Assembly (NCBI GenBank): GCA_963731735.1
Contig: CAVSWO010000002.1
Span: 402,891-466,890 of the forward strand
DNA length: 64,000 bases
Reading direction: 5' to 3'
Source: Candidatus Kerfeldbacteria bacterium
GTDB taxonomy: Bacteria; Patescibacteriota; Patescibacteriia; SBBC01; CAIJZX01
In this document: positions 21,305 to 31,221 of the stretch, piece after piece
Numbering within the stretch: the stretch's first letter is position 1
How the letters are laid out: each line of letters starts with the position of its first letter
Position numbers and translations under genes: made by a program
Notes under the pieces: generated by a model
Seen by the model: the letters and a program-made list of their open reading frames with translations, nothing else
The model's database searches: none
Told to the model about the DNA's origin: nothing

Positions 21305-22341
21305 AGTCCGACCTCACTTTTTCCAATTAAGACAGTGCTGGTGTACTCAATCAATTGGGCATTGTAACGCCACTGCACAGTCACCGTCGCCTTTTTTAGG
21401 GTGGTGGCGCCGGCGGGATAGGCTTCAATCGTCAGCTTCCCATTATCGTCAAAAGTATTCGGGGTGCTATCTGGCAAATCGTTCAAGCCCAAACGCGTCC
21501 AGGCCGCCGGCAAATCGCTTTGGCCATCAAAATCCCAATTTTCGGTACTGGTGGTAATCGTTTGCGCATCATCAACTAGCACGTGAGCGCCACCCCAACT
21601 CAGCAGAGCGGCCGGACCCGATGTGAAGGTGGTATCGGTGATGATCGGGCTGACAATCTGCTGACTGCCATCGAGATAGATATCAATAGTGGGGTTCGGA
21701 TCGACATCCAGGACGAGTTTGAGTGTATACCATTGGTCGGTATTGATGGTCGCTTGTTTCGCGAATAACAAGCTAGCCGTTCCGTTCACCACCTTCTCGA
21801 GTACCATATTTTGCACGCCGCCATCCACCGTATCTAGATCGGTGGTAGTTCGGGCGATGCGCAGACGGTAGTAATTTTGATTATCCTGCGCTTGAAAAAT
21901 ATAGCCAAAGGCTGAATTCGTCGGGCTATCCGATTTAAGTTGCCAGGCCGCCTGGATGGTACCCGTATCGTACGAGCCAGCGGGGAATTGTAAGCGTCCT
22001 GAATCACTTGAAGGGCTAGCCGTATTCTTGGCAAGTTCCAGCGCGTTTCCGGTAACGCCCCCCGTCACGATCTTCCAATCACCCGCGTTGTATAAAATAT
22101 TATGAAAATCGCCGTTGGTTTGGTCCGGTAAATTTTTAAACCCCCAGCGCTTCAGGGCGTTGATTTCTTCGTCAGCCAAGGCGGCCGCTTGCGCCCGATA
22201 CAAAACCCGGCGATTGATTTCGTGGGCGCTGACTAAACTCGCGTAGACCAGAATTAAGGTCGACAAGACAAACAGCCCGAGGACCGTGTCCAGGATAGAA
22301 AATCCTCGTCGGTGGTGACGTTGCTTTTGTTTTCGCTCCAT
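21301..22341 (-). CDS. type IV pilin-like/pseudopilin protein (variant GFSILD signal)
   Basis: MERKQKQRHHRRGFSILDTVLGLFVLSTLILVYASL. I chose the internal Met because the longer ORF would overlap tRNA-Leu. Confidence 0.5.
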   Translation of the reverse strand: MERKQKQRHHRRGFSILDTVLGLFVLSTLILVYASLVSAHEINRRVLYRAQAAALADEEINALKRWGFKNLPDQTNGDFHNILYNAGDWKIVTGGVTGNALELAKNTASPSSDSGRLQFPAGSYDTGTIQAAWQLKSDSPTNSAFGYIFQAQDNQNYYRLRIARTTTDLDTVDGGVQNMVLEKVVNGTASLLFAKQATINTDQWYTLKLVLDVDPNPTIDIYLDGSQQIVSPIITDTTFTSGPAALLSWGGAHVLVDDAQTITTSTENWDFDGQSDLPAAWTRLGLNDLPDSTPNTFDDNGKLTIEAYPAGATTLKKATVTVQWRYNAQLIEYTSTVLIGKSEVGL

Positions 22342-22412
22342 TTCGATTAGTGTATCATATTGGGACAGAATTGACCCAGCCTCGCAACTAGCGTAGGATT
22401 CTTTCGTAATTT

Positions 22413-22499
22413 GCTGGAGTGGCGGAATTGGCATACGCGCTAGCCTTAGGAGCTAGTGCCCGCAAGGGCTTGAGAGTTCAAATCTCTCCTCCAGCACCA
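22413..22499 (+). tRNA. tRNA-Leu (anticodon TAG), class II with long variable arm, CCA encoded
   Basis: Acceptor GCTGGAG/CTCCAGC, 3-bp D stem with GG in the D-loop, anticodon loop CTTAGGA, variable arm GCCCgcaaGGGC, T-arm GAGAG-TTCAAAT-CTCTC, then ACCA. Confidence 0.8.
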
Positions 22500-22503
22500 T
22501 TTT

Positions 22504-22749
22504 ATGAAACGCCACTGGAAAGAAATACTCGGTTGGTATGGCGTGAGTGCCATACTCTTGGCCTATGCGCTGACGAACCTTCGGCTCCTGTCGGTTGATG
22601 CCTGGCCGGCGCTGATCTTAAATTTATCCGGATCGATCGGAATTATCGTAGTAGCTCGATCAAAACGTGACATGCAGCCGGTTGTACTGAATTTGATCTG
22701 GGCCGGCATCGCGGTTTTTGGAATCCTTCGGGCCTGGGCGGGAACTTGA
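22504..22749 (+). CDS. small membrane protein (81 aa, 2-3 TM)
   Basis: Hydrophobic segments GVSAILLAYAL, ALILNLSGSIGIIVV and LNLIWAGIAVFGIL. Confidence 0.4.
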   Translation: MKRHWKEILGWYGVSAILLAYALTNLRLLSVDAWPALILNLSGSIGIIVVARSKRDMQPVVLNLIWAGIAVFGILRAWAGT

Positions 22750-22834
22750 CAGAAGGCGACGACTGACGTATCCTTGCGACATAGACAAACTTTGGTGACT
22801 CCAGTGGGAGCCACCAATGTTTTTATCCAGAAAT

Positions 22835-23089
22835 TTATTCAAGCTGCATCGGGTTGCCGATCGTATCGTCGACCGACTGAATTACAAAGACATCGCCCTT
22901 TTCGAAGGTGACCTGGTAGGTCGTGTTGCGGAAACGAAACTCCGCATGGCCATGATTTTTGGCGTCAAAACACAGGCGGTCAATAATCGTATGGCTGGTA
23001 TTGCGGAGAAAATCAATCACATCTTCTTCGCCCCAGACATGGTGAATGACGATATACTCATCCCGGAAATTTTTTCGAATTTTTGCCAT
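22835..23089 (-). CDS. small protein, member of a 4-copy paralog family in this window (see 50262-51019)
   Basis: IVIHHVWGEEDVIDFLRNTSHTIIDRLCFDAKNHGHAEFRFRNTTYQV aligns with LINVHQVYAHKDVIRFLKNSDKEFVEGLFYQAKRYGRAEFEFSDVSYVI at 50768. Confidence 0.5.
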   Translation of the reverse strand: MAKIRKNFRDEYIVIHHVWGEEDVIDFLRNTSHTIIDRLCFDAKNHGHAEFRFRNTTYQVTFEKGDVFVIQSVDDTIGNPMQLE

Positions 23090-23144
23090 GGATTGTTATT
23101 TGCAGAATACGCTAATGCAGACGCAAGGTAAACCTTTTGTCAAT

Positions 23145-25226
23145 ATGCGGAGCTTGAGCCGAGTGATTGTGGTGACCATGGTACTGATGTGTCTACCGAA
23201 CGCGCCTATCGCACGATCGGTTGATCAGCCGGTCGTGATAAATGAACTCCTCTGGATGGGGTCCGATCGATCATCATCTGATGAGTGGATTGAATTACGC
23301 AATCTAACGACCGCGCCAATTGACCTAACGGGCTGGCAGCTGACCAAGCACAGCGGCGGCGCAGAAGTCCCGATGCTGACTTTCCCGAACGGAACAATTG
23401 CCGCCCAGGGGTATTTTCTAATCGCTAATTATTCGGAAACCCACGCGAATTCAGCCCTAGATATTACGCCTGACCTGGTTACCAGCGATGTGGCGCTGGC
23501 GAATTCAGCTCTGCAAATTACTCTTTATGATGCAGCTGGAGTATTGATCGACAGGGCGGATGATGGTTCGGGGAATCCCTTGTCGGGAGTCTATGATAAC
23601 GCGGCTGAAAAATATATTTCGATGGAACGTAATCGAGTGCCCGGCGATGGCCAGCTGGCCCAAAGTTGGCATCCCAACACCCAGGCGGTAAATATCAAAG
23701 CTACGAGCTTAGTCCAAGCCACTCCGGGCGCAAAGAATTCCAATGCCGCTCCGGTGGCGGTTGTTGGCTCGGACGTAACCGGCCAAATCAATCTACCGGT
23801 AAATTTTGATGGGAGTGATTCGTATGATCCGGACGCCGATCCATTATCATACAGCTGGGATTTTGGTGACGGTACTACCGCTAGCGGCGTTACGCCCGAA
23901 CATATATTCACAGCAGCCGGAGACTTCGCGGTTGTTTTAACGGTCAGTGACAGCGCGCTCAACTCGACCGTCGGGTTGACCGCCAGTATCACGAGCCCAC
24001 CAGCTCCATCGACGTCCACGCCAAATCCCAGTCGCGGAGAAACCGCAACGCCAAGTTCATCCTGCCGTGGACTTCGATTGAGTGAACTTTGGCCAAATCC
24101 GGCTGGCGTGGACGATGGTGAATTTATTGAATTAGAAAATGTAACCGGCCAAGCCATTTTGCTGGCGGGGTGTAAACTCTGGGTCAATGATAAACGCGTC
24201 TATACCTTTTCCGATGGCCAAGCGCCGGCTCGAGGCTTTGTGGTCGCGGATAAAGCCACCACGAAACTCTCGCTAACCAATGCGGGCGGCACGGTTCGAT
24301 TGGAGGATTCGGATGGGACTGAACTTGATCGAGCCGAATATGCCAAGGCGAAAGATGACCTGAGTTGGTCACGGTTCGCAGACAGTTGGGGTTGGACGGA
24401 AACGCCGACGCCGGGCGCAACCAATCAGGCACCGAATGAAGACGGGGCGGTGGCCGGAGCCAGCACGTCCGCTCAAACGGGCGGCGGGCACGTAGTTGTT
24501 GATGCGGCGATTGGTGAAATTCAGGAACAAGACAGCGGCGACCGCGTGCATGTCCAGGGCATTATTACCGCGCCGGTTGACGCGCTGGGTACGCGGGTCA
24601 CTTATCTTCAGGATGCCAGCGGCGCCGTCAGCTTGCTGCTGGCCGAAGACGCGGACAAACCTGATCTCGGTGATCAGGTGGATATTGTCGGCATCGTTCG
24701 GTCCTATCAAGGCCGCAAACGCTTGTCGGTAGCCAAGCAAGACTTGCAGATTCTTGGATCCGACCCCTGGTCGCCAAAAGCGATTACGATTGATGAATTG
24801 TCGCCTGACCTGGCCGATCAATTGGTGACCGTATCCGGGGCGATTGGGGCAATCAGTGGCACCAAGATTACCTTGGATGATGGGAGCGGTGAAGGAACCA
24901 TTTACCTCAAATCTTCCACCGGCATCTTAAAACCAAAAATGTATAGCGGTGATACCCTGACCGTCACGGGCATTGTGAACGTCACCACCGCCAGTGGAAT
25001 TCGAATCATGCCGCGGCAGAATCAGGATCTGGTCGTAGACGCCCAAACCAATCGTGTCAATACCAATCAAACCACCCAAACAACTCTTCCAACCGCCCCG
25101 GTCCAACATGTCTGGTGGTACTGGATTTTAGTTGGGACGGGAGCGGGAGCGGTTAGCATTAAACCCCTTTGGACGGCTTGGCGGAAACGAAAGGACCCAA
25201 GCCGTGAGCAAAGTAGCACCGTGTAG
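23145..25226 (+). CDS. secreted lamin-tail-domain (LTD) x2 + PKD domain protein with C-terminal TM anchor
   Basis: Signal peptide; VINELLWMGSDRSSSDEWIELRN and LSELWPNPAGVDDGEFIELEN are LTD motifs; DGSDSYDPDADPLSYSWDFGDGT is a PKD motif; C-terminal WWYWILVGTGAGAV followed by RKRK. Confidence 0.7.
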   Translation: MRSLSRVIVVTMVLMCLPNAPIARSVDQPVVINELLWMGSDRSSSDEWIELRNLTTAPIDLTGWQLTKHSGGAEVPMLTFPNGTIAAQGYFLIANYSETHANSALDITPDLVTSDVALANSALQITLYDAAGVLIDRADDGSGNPLSGVYDNAAEKYISMERNRVPGDGQLAQSWHPNTQAVNIKATSLVQATPGAKNSNAAPVAVVGSDVTGQINLPVNFDGSDSYDPDADPLSYSWDFGDGTTASGVTPEHIFTAAGDFAVVLTVSDSALNSTVGLTASITSPPAPSTSTPNPSRGETATPSSSCRGLRLSELWPNPAGVDDGEFIELENVTGQAILLAGCKLWVNDKRVYTFSDGQAPARGFVVADKATTKLSLTNAGGTVRLEDSDGTELDRAEYAKAKDDLSWSRFADSWGWTETPTPGATNQAPNEDGAVAGASTSAQTGGGHVVVDAAIGEIQEQDSGDRVHVQGIITAPVDALGTRVTYLQDASGAVSLLLAEDADKPDLGDQVDIVGIVRSYQGRKRLSVAKQDLQILGSDPWSPKAITIDELSPDLADQLVTVSGAIGAISGTKITLDDGSGEGTIYLKSSTGILKPKMYSGDTLTVTGIVNVTTASGIRIMPRQNQDLVVDAQTNRVNTNQTTQTTLPTAPVQHVWWYWILVGTGAGAVSIKPLWTAWRKRKDPSREQSSTV

Positions 25227-26358
25227 TACAGCCGTTTTACTGATTGCGCTTCTCTGGCCATTGACTGGCCGGGCAATCAGTCTAATTCCTGACGATCAGC
25301 CGGGATCAAGTCAAGCGAAAAATATTTCCCAGGTGTTGGTCATGCGCGGATATTTCAACGGACAGTCCCAACCAACCCAGCCAATCGATCAGACCCAACA
25401 AATATTTTTTGGACGCTCGCCGAGCGCTAACGACTACTTTCATGAAGTATCATACGGACGTTTCGGGATTGCCGGCCAAGTAACGCCGTGGTTGCCGCTG
25501 GCAATTGCTTCAACCTGTGACACACAAACACTGACCGATGCGGCCTTACGCGCTACCGCCACCTGGCAGCCGACCTTCCCATTTCTCAATTATCATTATT
25601 TTGTGGTGGTGGCGCCGTACGATACCAGTGGATGTCCCGATGGCCAGGCCTATATCGGACCCAAGTTATTTGCGACCCCGGCCGGCCCGATCCGGGCCGG
25701 CCGGGCTGTGCTGCAAGCCGAACACCTGAATCTCTACACTGTCATTCATGAACTTGGCCATGCTTTTGGTCTCCATCACGCTGGGCTCTTGAATTGCGAC
25801 GTCAGCGTCCAAACGCGTTCAACCTGCCCGACCTGGGAATATGGTGATCACTTCGATAGCATGGGTGGCGCCTATCAAACCATGGGCGGCCACTATGACG
25901 CGCTTCACAAACGCCGGCTCAATTGGTTACCGGATGGATATAGTCAAACCATTACGCAGAGCACAGTTGTATCGATACAGCCACTTGCCGCGCGGACGGA
26001 CGGAGTGCATGCGATCTTTCTTCAGACCCCGAACACCCCGGACCTCTCCATTGAGTATCGGCAACCAATTGGTTACGATCATGACCTTGATGACCCCGCG
26101 GTGTTTCAAGGAGCCTTACTTCATAGCGACAGCGATGACGGACGAACGTTTCTGATTGACCCGACGCCGCCGGCCTATTCCCGTCTGAACAGTCTCCTGA
26201 CGGGTGAGCGGTTGGTTGATTTGGAGTCTGGCATACAAATCGAAACACTCAGCCGGTTGCCAAACGCGTTAACCGTCCGGATTCTATTTCCGCGCCAAGC
26301 AACCCCGGTACCAATTATTCCCACTTATGAAAAAAAAGTCCTGCCAGTGCAGGACTAA
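25204..26358 (+). CDS. secreted metzincin-type zinc metalloprotease
   Basis: HELGHAFGLHHAG (HEXXHXXGXXH motif). Signal-like N-terminus starts from a GTG; start is uncertain. The ORF overlaps the upstream gene. Confidence 0.65.
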   Translation: MSKVAPCSTAVLLIALLWPLTGRAISLIPDDQPGSSQAKNISQVLVMRGYFNGQSQPTQPIDQTQQIFFGRSPSANDYFHEVSYGRFGIAGQVTPWLPLAIASTCDTQTLTDAALRATATWQPTFPFLNYHYFVVVAPYDTSGCPDGQAYIGPKLFATPAGPIRAGRAVLQAEHLNLYTVIHELGHAFGLHHAGLLNCDVSVQTRSTCPTWEYGDHFDSMGGAYQTMGGHYDALHKRRLNWLPDGYSQTITQSTVVSIQPLAARTDGVHAIFLQTPNTPDLSIEYRQPIGYDHDLDDPAVFQGALLHSDSDDGRTFLIDPTPPAYSRLNSLLTGERLVDLESGIQIETLSRLPNALTVRILFPRQATPVPIIPTYEKKVLPVQD

Positions 26359-26365
26359 TTTGGGA
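26330..26365. terminator. bidirectional terminator hairpin
   Basis: An A8 run, then the gtcctgc-cagt-gcaggac hairpin, then taattt. Confidence 0.55.
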
Positions 26366-26732
26366 GCGTGTACGGTACTGGGTAAGGCTTCGTGCCATTC
26401 GGCGAATCCAGAAATCCGAATCCGTGATAGGCGCCTTCGAGCCAGTATTCGAGAAATTGCGGCTTCCAGATACCATCATCGGTGCGAGCGTACAAAAATT
26501 GTCCGCTGATTTGGAGCTCGCCGTCCAGGCGATCGATGATGATGCCATCGATTTCGATGTTGGCGGTCTGTTCATCGATCTCGATGCCACCCAGATACAT
26601 ATTGGCGGAAGCCATGTTTGGACATGACTGTCGCAGGCAGCCGGTTGCATCGACCGTGATCAGCTCGATTGGATGGTCGAATTCTCCCTTGGTGTTTGTC
26701 ATCGTACCCTCCGTGTTCGCGGGACGAAGCAT
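26355..26732 (-). CDS. hypothetical protein
   Basis: 125-aa ORF ending at the shared terminator. No family recognised. Confidence 0.4.
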   Translation of the reverse strand: MLRPANTEGTMTNTKGEFDHPIELITVDATGCLRQSCPNMASANMYLGGIEIDEQTANIEIDGIIIDRLDGELQISGQFLYARTDDGIWKPQFLEYWLEGAYHGFGFLDSPNGTKPYPVPYTLPN

Positions 26733-26801
26733 GGAAAGGGCAGTCCTGCCTCAAGGTGTATCGAGAATGCGATTGATTGTCAAGCATGCTAAAATGCATG
26801 C

Positions 26802-29522
26802 ATGCCTCCCAAACAACGCCTGCTGATCATCGATTCAAACGCGCTGATACACCGCAGTTACCACGCCTTACCGCCGCTCACCGATAAACACGGACAGCCA
26901 GTTCAAGCCGTCTATGGATTTGCGACCACGTTGTTAAAGGCTTGGAAAGAACTCAAACCGACCCACATCGTGGCTTGTTTTGACATGCGGGGCCCAACCT
27001 TTCGCGAACAGGAATACAAAGACTACAAGGCCACCCGCGCCAAAGCCCCGGACGATCTTTACGAACAGATTCCGCTGGTGCATGACCTGGTCGAAGCCTT
27101 CCATATTCCGATTTTCGAAAAGCAAACCTTTGAAGCAGACGATCTGATCGGGACTATCACTCAGCAAGAACCAAAAATCGAAAAGATAATCCTGACTGGC
27201 GATATGGATTCCATGCAGTTGGTCGATCCGCTGACGAAAGTGTATACCTTGCGTAAAGGGATGAGCGATACAGCGCTGTTCGACGTCGCCGCCGTTAAGG
27301 AACGCTACCAGCTAACCCCGGAGCAGGTGATTGATTACAAAGCGCTGCGTGGCGATCCGTCGGATAATATCCCCGGCGTTAAAGGGATTGGCGAAAAAAC
27401 CGCAACGGAACTGCTCAAACAGTTCAAAACCCTCGACAAACTCTACCAAGCGTTAGCGGACGAAACACCCAAAGCCAAAAAACTCAAAGACAGCCTGAAG
27501 GAAAAACTGATCAAACATAAATCAGACGCATTTCTGTCGCAGAATATAGCCACCATCAAACGCGATGTGCCGATCACATTCAAGCTCGACCAAGCCGCGG
27601 TCACAAACTATGATCGCTCCAAAGTGGTTGGCATGCTGCAAGATTTCGGGTTCAAATCACTGTTGAATAAGCTGCCGGATGTTGATGCTAAGTCCGTACG
27701 ACAAGCTCGGCAGGCAGCCATGTTGCTTGATACGAGTGCGCCGAAAAAAGCCGGCCACGAATACACCTTGGTTAATGATGCCGCGGCCTTCAAAAAATTC
27801 CTGACCGAACTCAACCAGCAAGCCGCCTTTGCAATCGACACCGAAACAACCGCCTTGAAACCGCACGATGCGAAACTCCTGGGCATGAGTTTCAGCTGGA
27901 AACAGGGAACCGGCTACTATGTAACCGCCAAATATCTTGAACAACTCAAGCCAATTTTAGAAAACCCGAAAATCGAAAAATATGGTCACCATTTGAAATA
28001 TGACGGTGAAATCTTTAGGTTACACGGTCTGCAGCTCAAACCGTTCAGCTTCGATACCATGATTGCTTCCTACCTGATGAACCCCGGCACCCGGCAGCAC
28101 TCGCTGGACGCGCTGGCTTTTTCTGAATTCGGTCATGAAATGATGCCGATTGAAGCGCTGATTGGTCCAAAGGGCAAGAAACAGGTGACTATGGCAGACG
28201 TGCCGTTGGAAAAAGTTGCTTGGTATGCCAGTGAGGATGCCGATTTCACCTGGCGGCTGGCTGAAAAGTTCAAACCCGAAATCGAACAGGCGGGCTTTAC
28301 CGGATTGATGCGGACCCTGGAATTACCGTTAATTCCGGTTTTGATGGACATGGAACTCACCGGGGTCAAAATCGATACGGATTTTTTAGCGGAAATGTCC
28401 AAGCAGGCCAAGGCTAAGTTGCGAAAAATTGAAGAAAAAATCTATGCGTTAGCTGGTACGAAATTTAATATTAGTTCACCGCTTCAGCTGAAAGAGATAC
28501 TATTCGAAAAATTGCAGATAGAAACGCGGGGAATAAGTCGAACCAAAACCGGCTTGTCGACCGCCGCTGATCAGCTGGAAAAAATGAAAGACGCCCACCC
28601 GATTATTCCGTTGATTGGTCAGTATCGCGAACTCTCGAAATTGATTTCAACGTACCTGGATGCGTTACCGGAGCTGGTGCATCCGAAAACCGGCCGCGTC
28701 CATACCAGTTATAACCAGACAGTGGCGGCCACCGGTCGGCTTTCCTCAACCGATCCCAATTTACAAAATATTCCGATTCGGACTGAACTGGGCGCGAAAA
28801 TTCGTCACGCATTTATCGCTGATCGCGGGAACCGTTTGGTTAGCGCGGACTATTCGCAAATTGAATTGCGGATCATTGCCTCGATGGCGAAAGACCAAGC
28901 GATGATGGATTCGTTCCGAAACGGTGAAGATATTCACGTTCGAACGGCGGCCAACATTAATGAAGTTCCGCTTGAGCGGGTGACCAAGCAAATGCGCCGG
29001 GCAGCCAAGGCGGTGAACTTCGGAATTATTTACGGCCTCGGCTACGTTGGCCTGGCCCAGGGCGAAGGTATTTCTCGAGAAGAAGCCAAGGCCTTTATTG
29101 AAAAATATTTTCAAATTCATAAAAATATCAAAACCTGGATCGAAAACACGAAGAAACTAGCCCATCAAAACGGATTCGTTGAAACGCTGTTCGGTCGCAA
29201 ACGATATTTTCCTGAAATCAACTCCTCGAATGGCATGCTGGTAGCCTCGGCTGAACGCCAAGCTATCAACGCCCCAATTCAAGGGACGGCCGCCGATTTG
29301 ATGAAACTAGCCATGATCCATGTCCACGACAAGTTGCCGAGCGTCAGCCCGCAAGCCAAACTCCTGCTCCAGGTACATGACGAATTGATTGTCGAGGCCC
29401 CGAAGGATGAAGCTGAAAAAGTCGCCAGGTTTTTAAAAGAGACGATGGAAATGGTATACACCCTGAATGTTCCGATAGCAGTTGACGTTGGAATTGGAAA
29501 AAATTGGGGTGAAGCGAAGTAG
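26802..29522 (+). CDS. polA: DNA polymerase I
   Basis: 5'-nuclease domain (LLIIDSNALIHRSYHAL), 3'-5' exonuclease domain, and a polymerase domain containing RRAAKAVNFGIIYG and VHDELIVE. TGCTAAAAT lies 6 nt upstream of the ATG. Confidence 0.95.
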   Translation: MPPKQRLLIIDSNALIHRSYHALPPLTDKHGQPVQAVYGFATTLLKAWKELKPTHIVACFDMRGPTFREQEYKDYKATRAKAPDDLYEQIPLVHDLVEAFHIPIFEKQTFEADDLIGTITQQEPKIEKIILTGDMDSMQLVDPLTKVYTLRKGMSDTALFDVAAVKERYQLTPEQVIDYKALRGDPSDNIPGVKGIGEKTATELLKQFKTLDKLYQALADETPKAKKLKDSLKEKLIKHKSDAFLSQNIATIKRDVPITFKLDQAAVTNYDRSKVVGMLQDFGFKSLLNKLPDVDAKSVRQARQAAMLLDTSAPKKAGHEYTLVNDAAAFKKFLTELNQQAAFAIDTETTALKPHDAKLLGMSFSWKQGTGYYVTAKYLEQLKPILENPKIEKYGHHLKYDGEIFRLHGLQLKPFSFDTMIASYLMNPGTRQHSLDALAFSEFGHEMMPIEALIGPKGKKQVTMADVPLEKVAWYASEDADFTWRLAEKFKPEIEQAGFTGLMRTLELPLIPVLMDMELTGVKIDTDFLAEMSKQAKAKLRKIEEKIYALAGTKFNISSPLQLKEILFEKLQIETRGISRTKTGLSTAADQLEKMKDAHPIIPLIGQYRELSKLISTYLDALPELVHPKTGRVHTSYNQTVAATGRLSSTDPNLQNIPIRTELGAKIRHAFIADRGNRLVSADYSQIELRIIASMAKDQAMMDSFRNGEDIHVRTAANINEVPLERVTKQMRRAAKAVNFGIIYGLGYVGLAQGEGISREEAKAFIEKYFQIHKNIKTWIENTKKLAHQNGFVETLFGRKRYFPEINSSNGMLVASAERQAINAPIQGTAADLMKLAMIHVHDKLPSVSPQAKLLLQVHDELIVEAPKDEAEKVARFLKETMEMVYTLNVPIAVDVGIGKNWGEAK

Positions 29523-29589
29523 ATTTTGAATCATACTTGGTTTTTTCATCCAGCTGGCATTTGCGGCAGTTGGTTGATATAATTACTCC

Positions 29590-30177
29590 ATGAAACGCGT
29601 CTTCATTGTCCATCGCTGGGAAGGGAGTCCAGATTCGGACTGGTACCCGTGGCTGAAGCAAGAATTGCTGCGTCGCCAACTCGATGTGCATATGCTGGAA
29701 ATGCCAACGCCGGAGGCACCGCAAATCGATAGTTGGGTTTCCTATCTGGCCGCTGCGATTGGCAAAGCGGATACGCAAACATTCTTGGTCGGGCACAGCA
29801 TCGGTTGCCAAACGATTTTACGATATTTGGAAAAAATTCCGGACGCCGTCAAGATCGGCGGCGCGGTGTTTGTAGCCGGTTGGATTGGGTTGAAGCCGGC
29901 CGCGATTGAGGACGAAGGTGCGAAACGAATTATCGATCCCTGGCTGCACCGGCCAATTCAATGGACGATGGTTAAAAAGCATTTGCCGCGGCTGATCGCG
30001 ATCGCTTCCGATAACGATCCGTTTGTTGAACTTGATGATCAGCATTTATTTCGCCAACACTTGGGCGCTGAAATTCGGATCGAGCATGAGCATGGTCATT
30101 TTACCGGCGACGATGGCATTACCGCCTTGCCCAGCGTTCGCCAGGCCGTACTTGAAATAGTCGATTCAACCACGTAA
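29590..30177 (+). CDS. alpha/beta hydrolase, YdeN/RBBP9-like serine hydrolase
   Basis: IVHRWEGSPDSDWYPWL...GHSIGC (GxSxG motif). TGATATAAT lies upstream. Confidence 0.6.
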   Translation: MKRVFIVHRWEGSPDSDWYPWLKQELLRRQLDVHMLEMPTPEAPQIDSWVSYLAAAIGKADTQTFLVGHSIGCQTILRYLEKIPDAVKIGGAVFVAGWIGLKPAAIEDEGAKRIIDPWLHRPIQWTMVKKHLPRLIAIASDNDPFVELDDQHLFRQHLGAEIRIEHEHGHFTGDDGITALPSVRQAVLEIVDSTT

Positions 30178-30583
30178 GCAACACGACTATGCAAGAACGA
30201 GAACCAGGCCTCCAACCCGAAGAAGAAAAAGAAATCTCGGAAGAAAACCGTGACCTCGATCAAGTGCCGGGCGTGCCGGACGAAGCTTTTGAGAACGAAC
30301 ATCAGCGCCAAGCCGAAGACGAGCGTCGCCAAGAGTCTTGAGCGGTAGAAAATCGGCGGGTTGCGGGGTTGACAGTCAAGTATTTTTTTTGCTACTTTTC
30401 CCCTGTCACGTCGTGGCGGGTCTCATCACGGCGGGTTAGGTTCAACACTAAGAGACCGGAAAGGGACGAGTCCATGATTCAAGACGCGACCCCTACCCAA
30501 GAACCGCAAACTGGCGGCGACAATATGCCGCAGCCGGAAGAAGGCGGATCTGAACAGCAAGCTGCGTAAGCAGTTCGCTACGG

Positions 30584-30611
30584 TGAGGCCGTCGCAAGGC
30601 GGTCTCTTTTT
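30584..30611 (+). terminator. rho-independent terminator
   Basis: gaggccg..gcggtctc hairpin followed by ttttt, downstream of the tiny acidic ORF that ends at 30569. Confidence 0.5.
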
Positions 30612-31221
30612 ATTCCTAAAAATATCCACAGGCCGACTGGTTGTAGCTCTTGTCGCCCATTTTGGGAGGTGATATTCTGCCTATCCGCTTATTCACTAAT
30701 CGCGCAATCATGCTCGAAGACGACATGATAGACGGTGACGATACCCAATCCGACGAGATGGGTGACGACGCCAGTCTCGAGGAAGCCCAAGAGGAAGAAA
30801 TGGCTGCCGACGACGACGGCGAAGAAACGGAATAACGCAGTATTTTTCGCCCGGCCAACGGATGTTGGCCGGGCTTCGGTATAAAAAAACGACCCCGAGC
30901 TCGAGATCGTTCCTGCCTTTGTATGTTTGGATGCGAGTGAGCATCCGTCGGCCGATTCCACTGCGTCCATCGAGGTTCCCGGTGAGTCATCATGACTCAA
31001 GTGGTTCCTTTGGAACCCGCATTGGTTCTGCCCAGATGGCGTAGGGATGGGCGGTCCGAGCTCGGGGTGGGGAAATGATTCCGGCACAACCACTAGTGGC
31101 TAGCCGGGGTGATCCGTGGGAAGGGGCGCCATGCGTACCTCCTTTACTTCCTTGTAGGACCGTCCGGAATCTTCGCGAAACCGGATTCAAGTAGCATGCA
31201 CCTCTTTCAAAACATGGTCAA

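Noticed and set aside
31030-31090. Weak resemblance to TPP (GGCGTAGGGA) and ykkC/guanidine (GGTCCGAG) riboswitch cores
   Set aside because: Other obligatory conserved elements (CUGAGA box; ACGG/GGGA context) are missing and there is no appropriately placed downstream gene.
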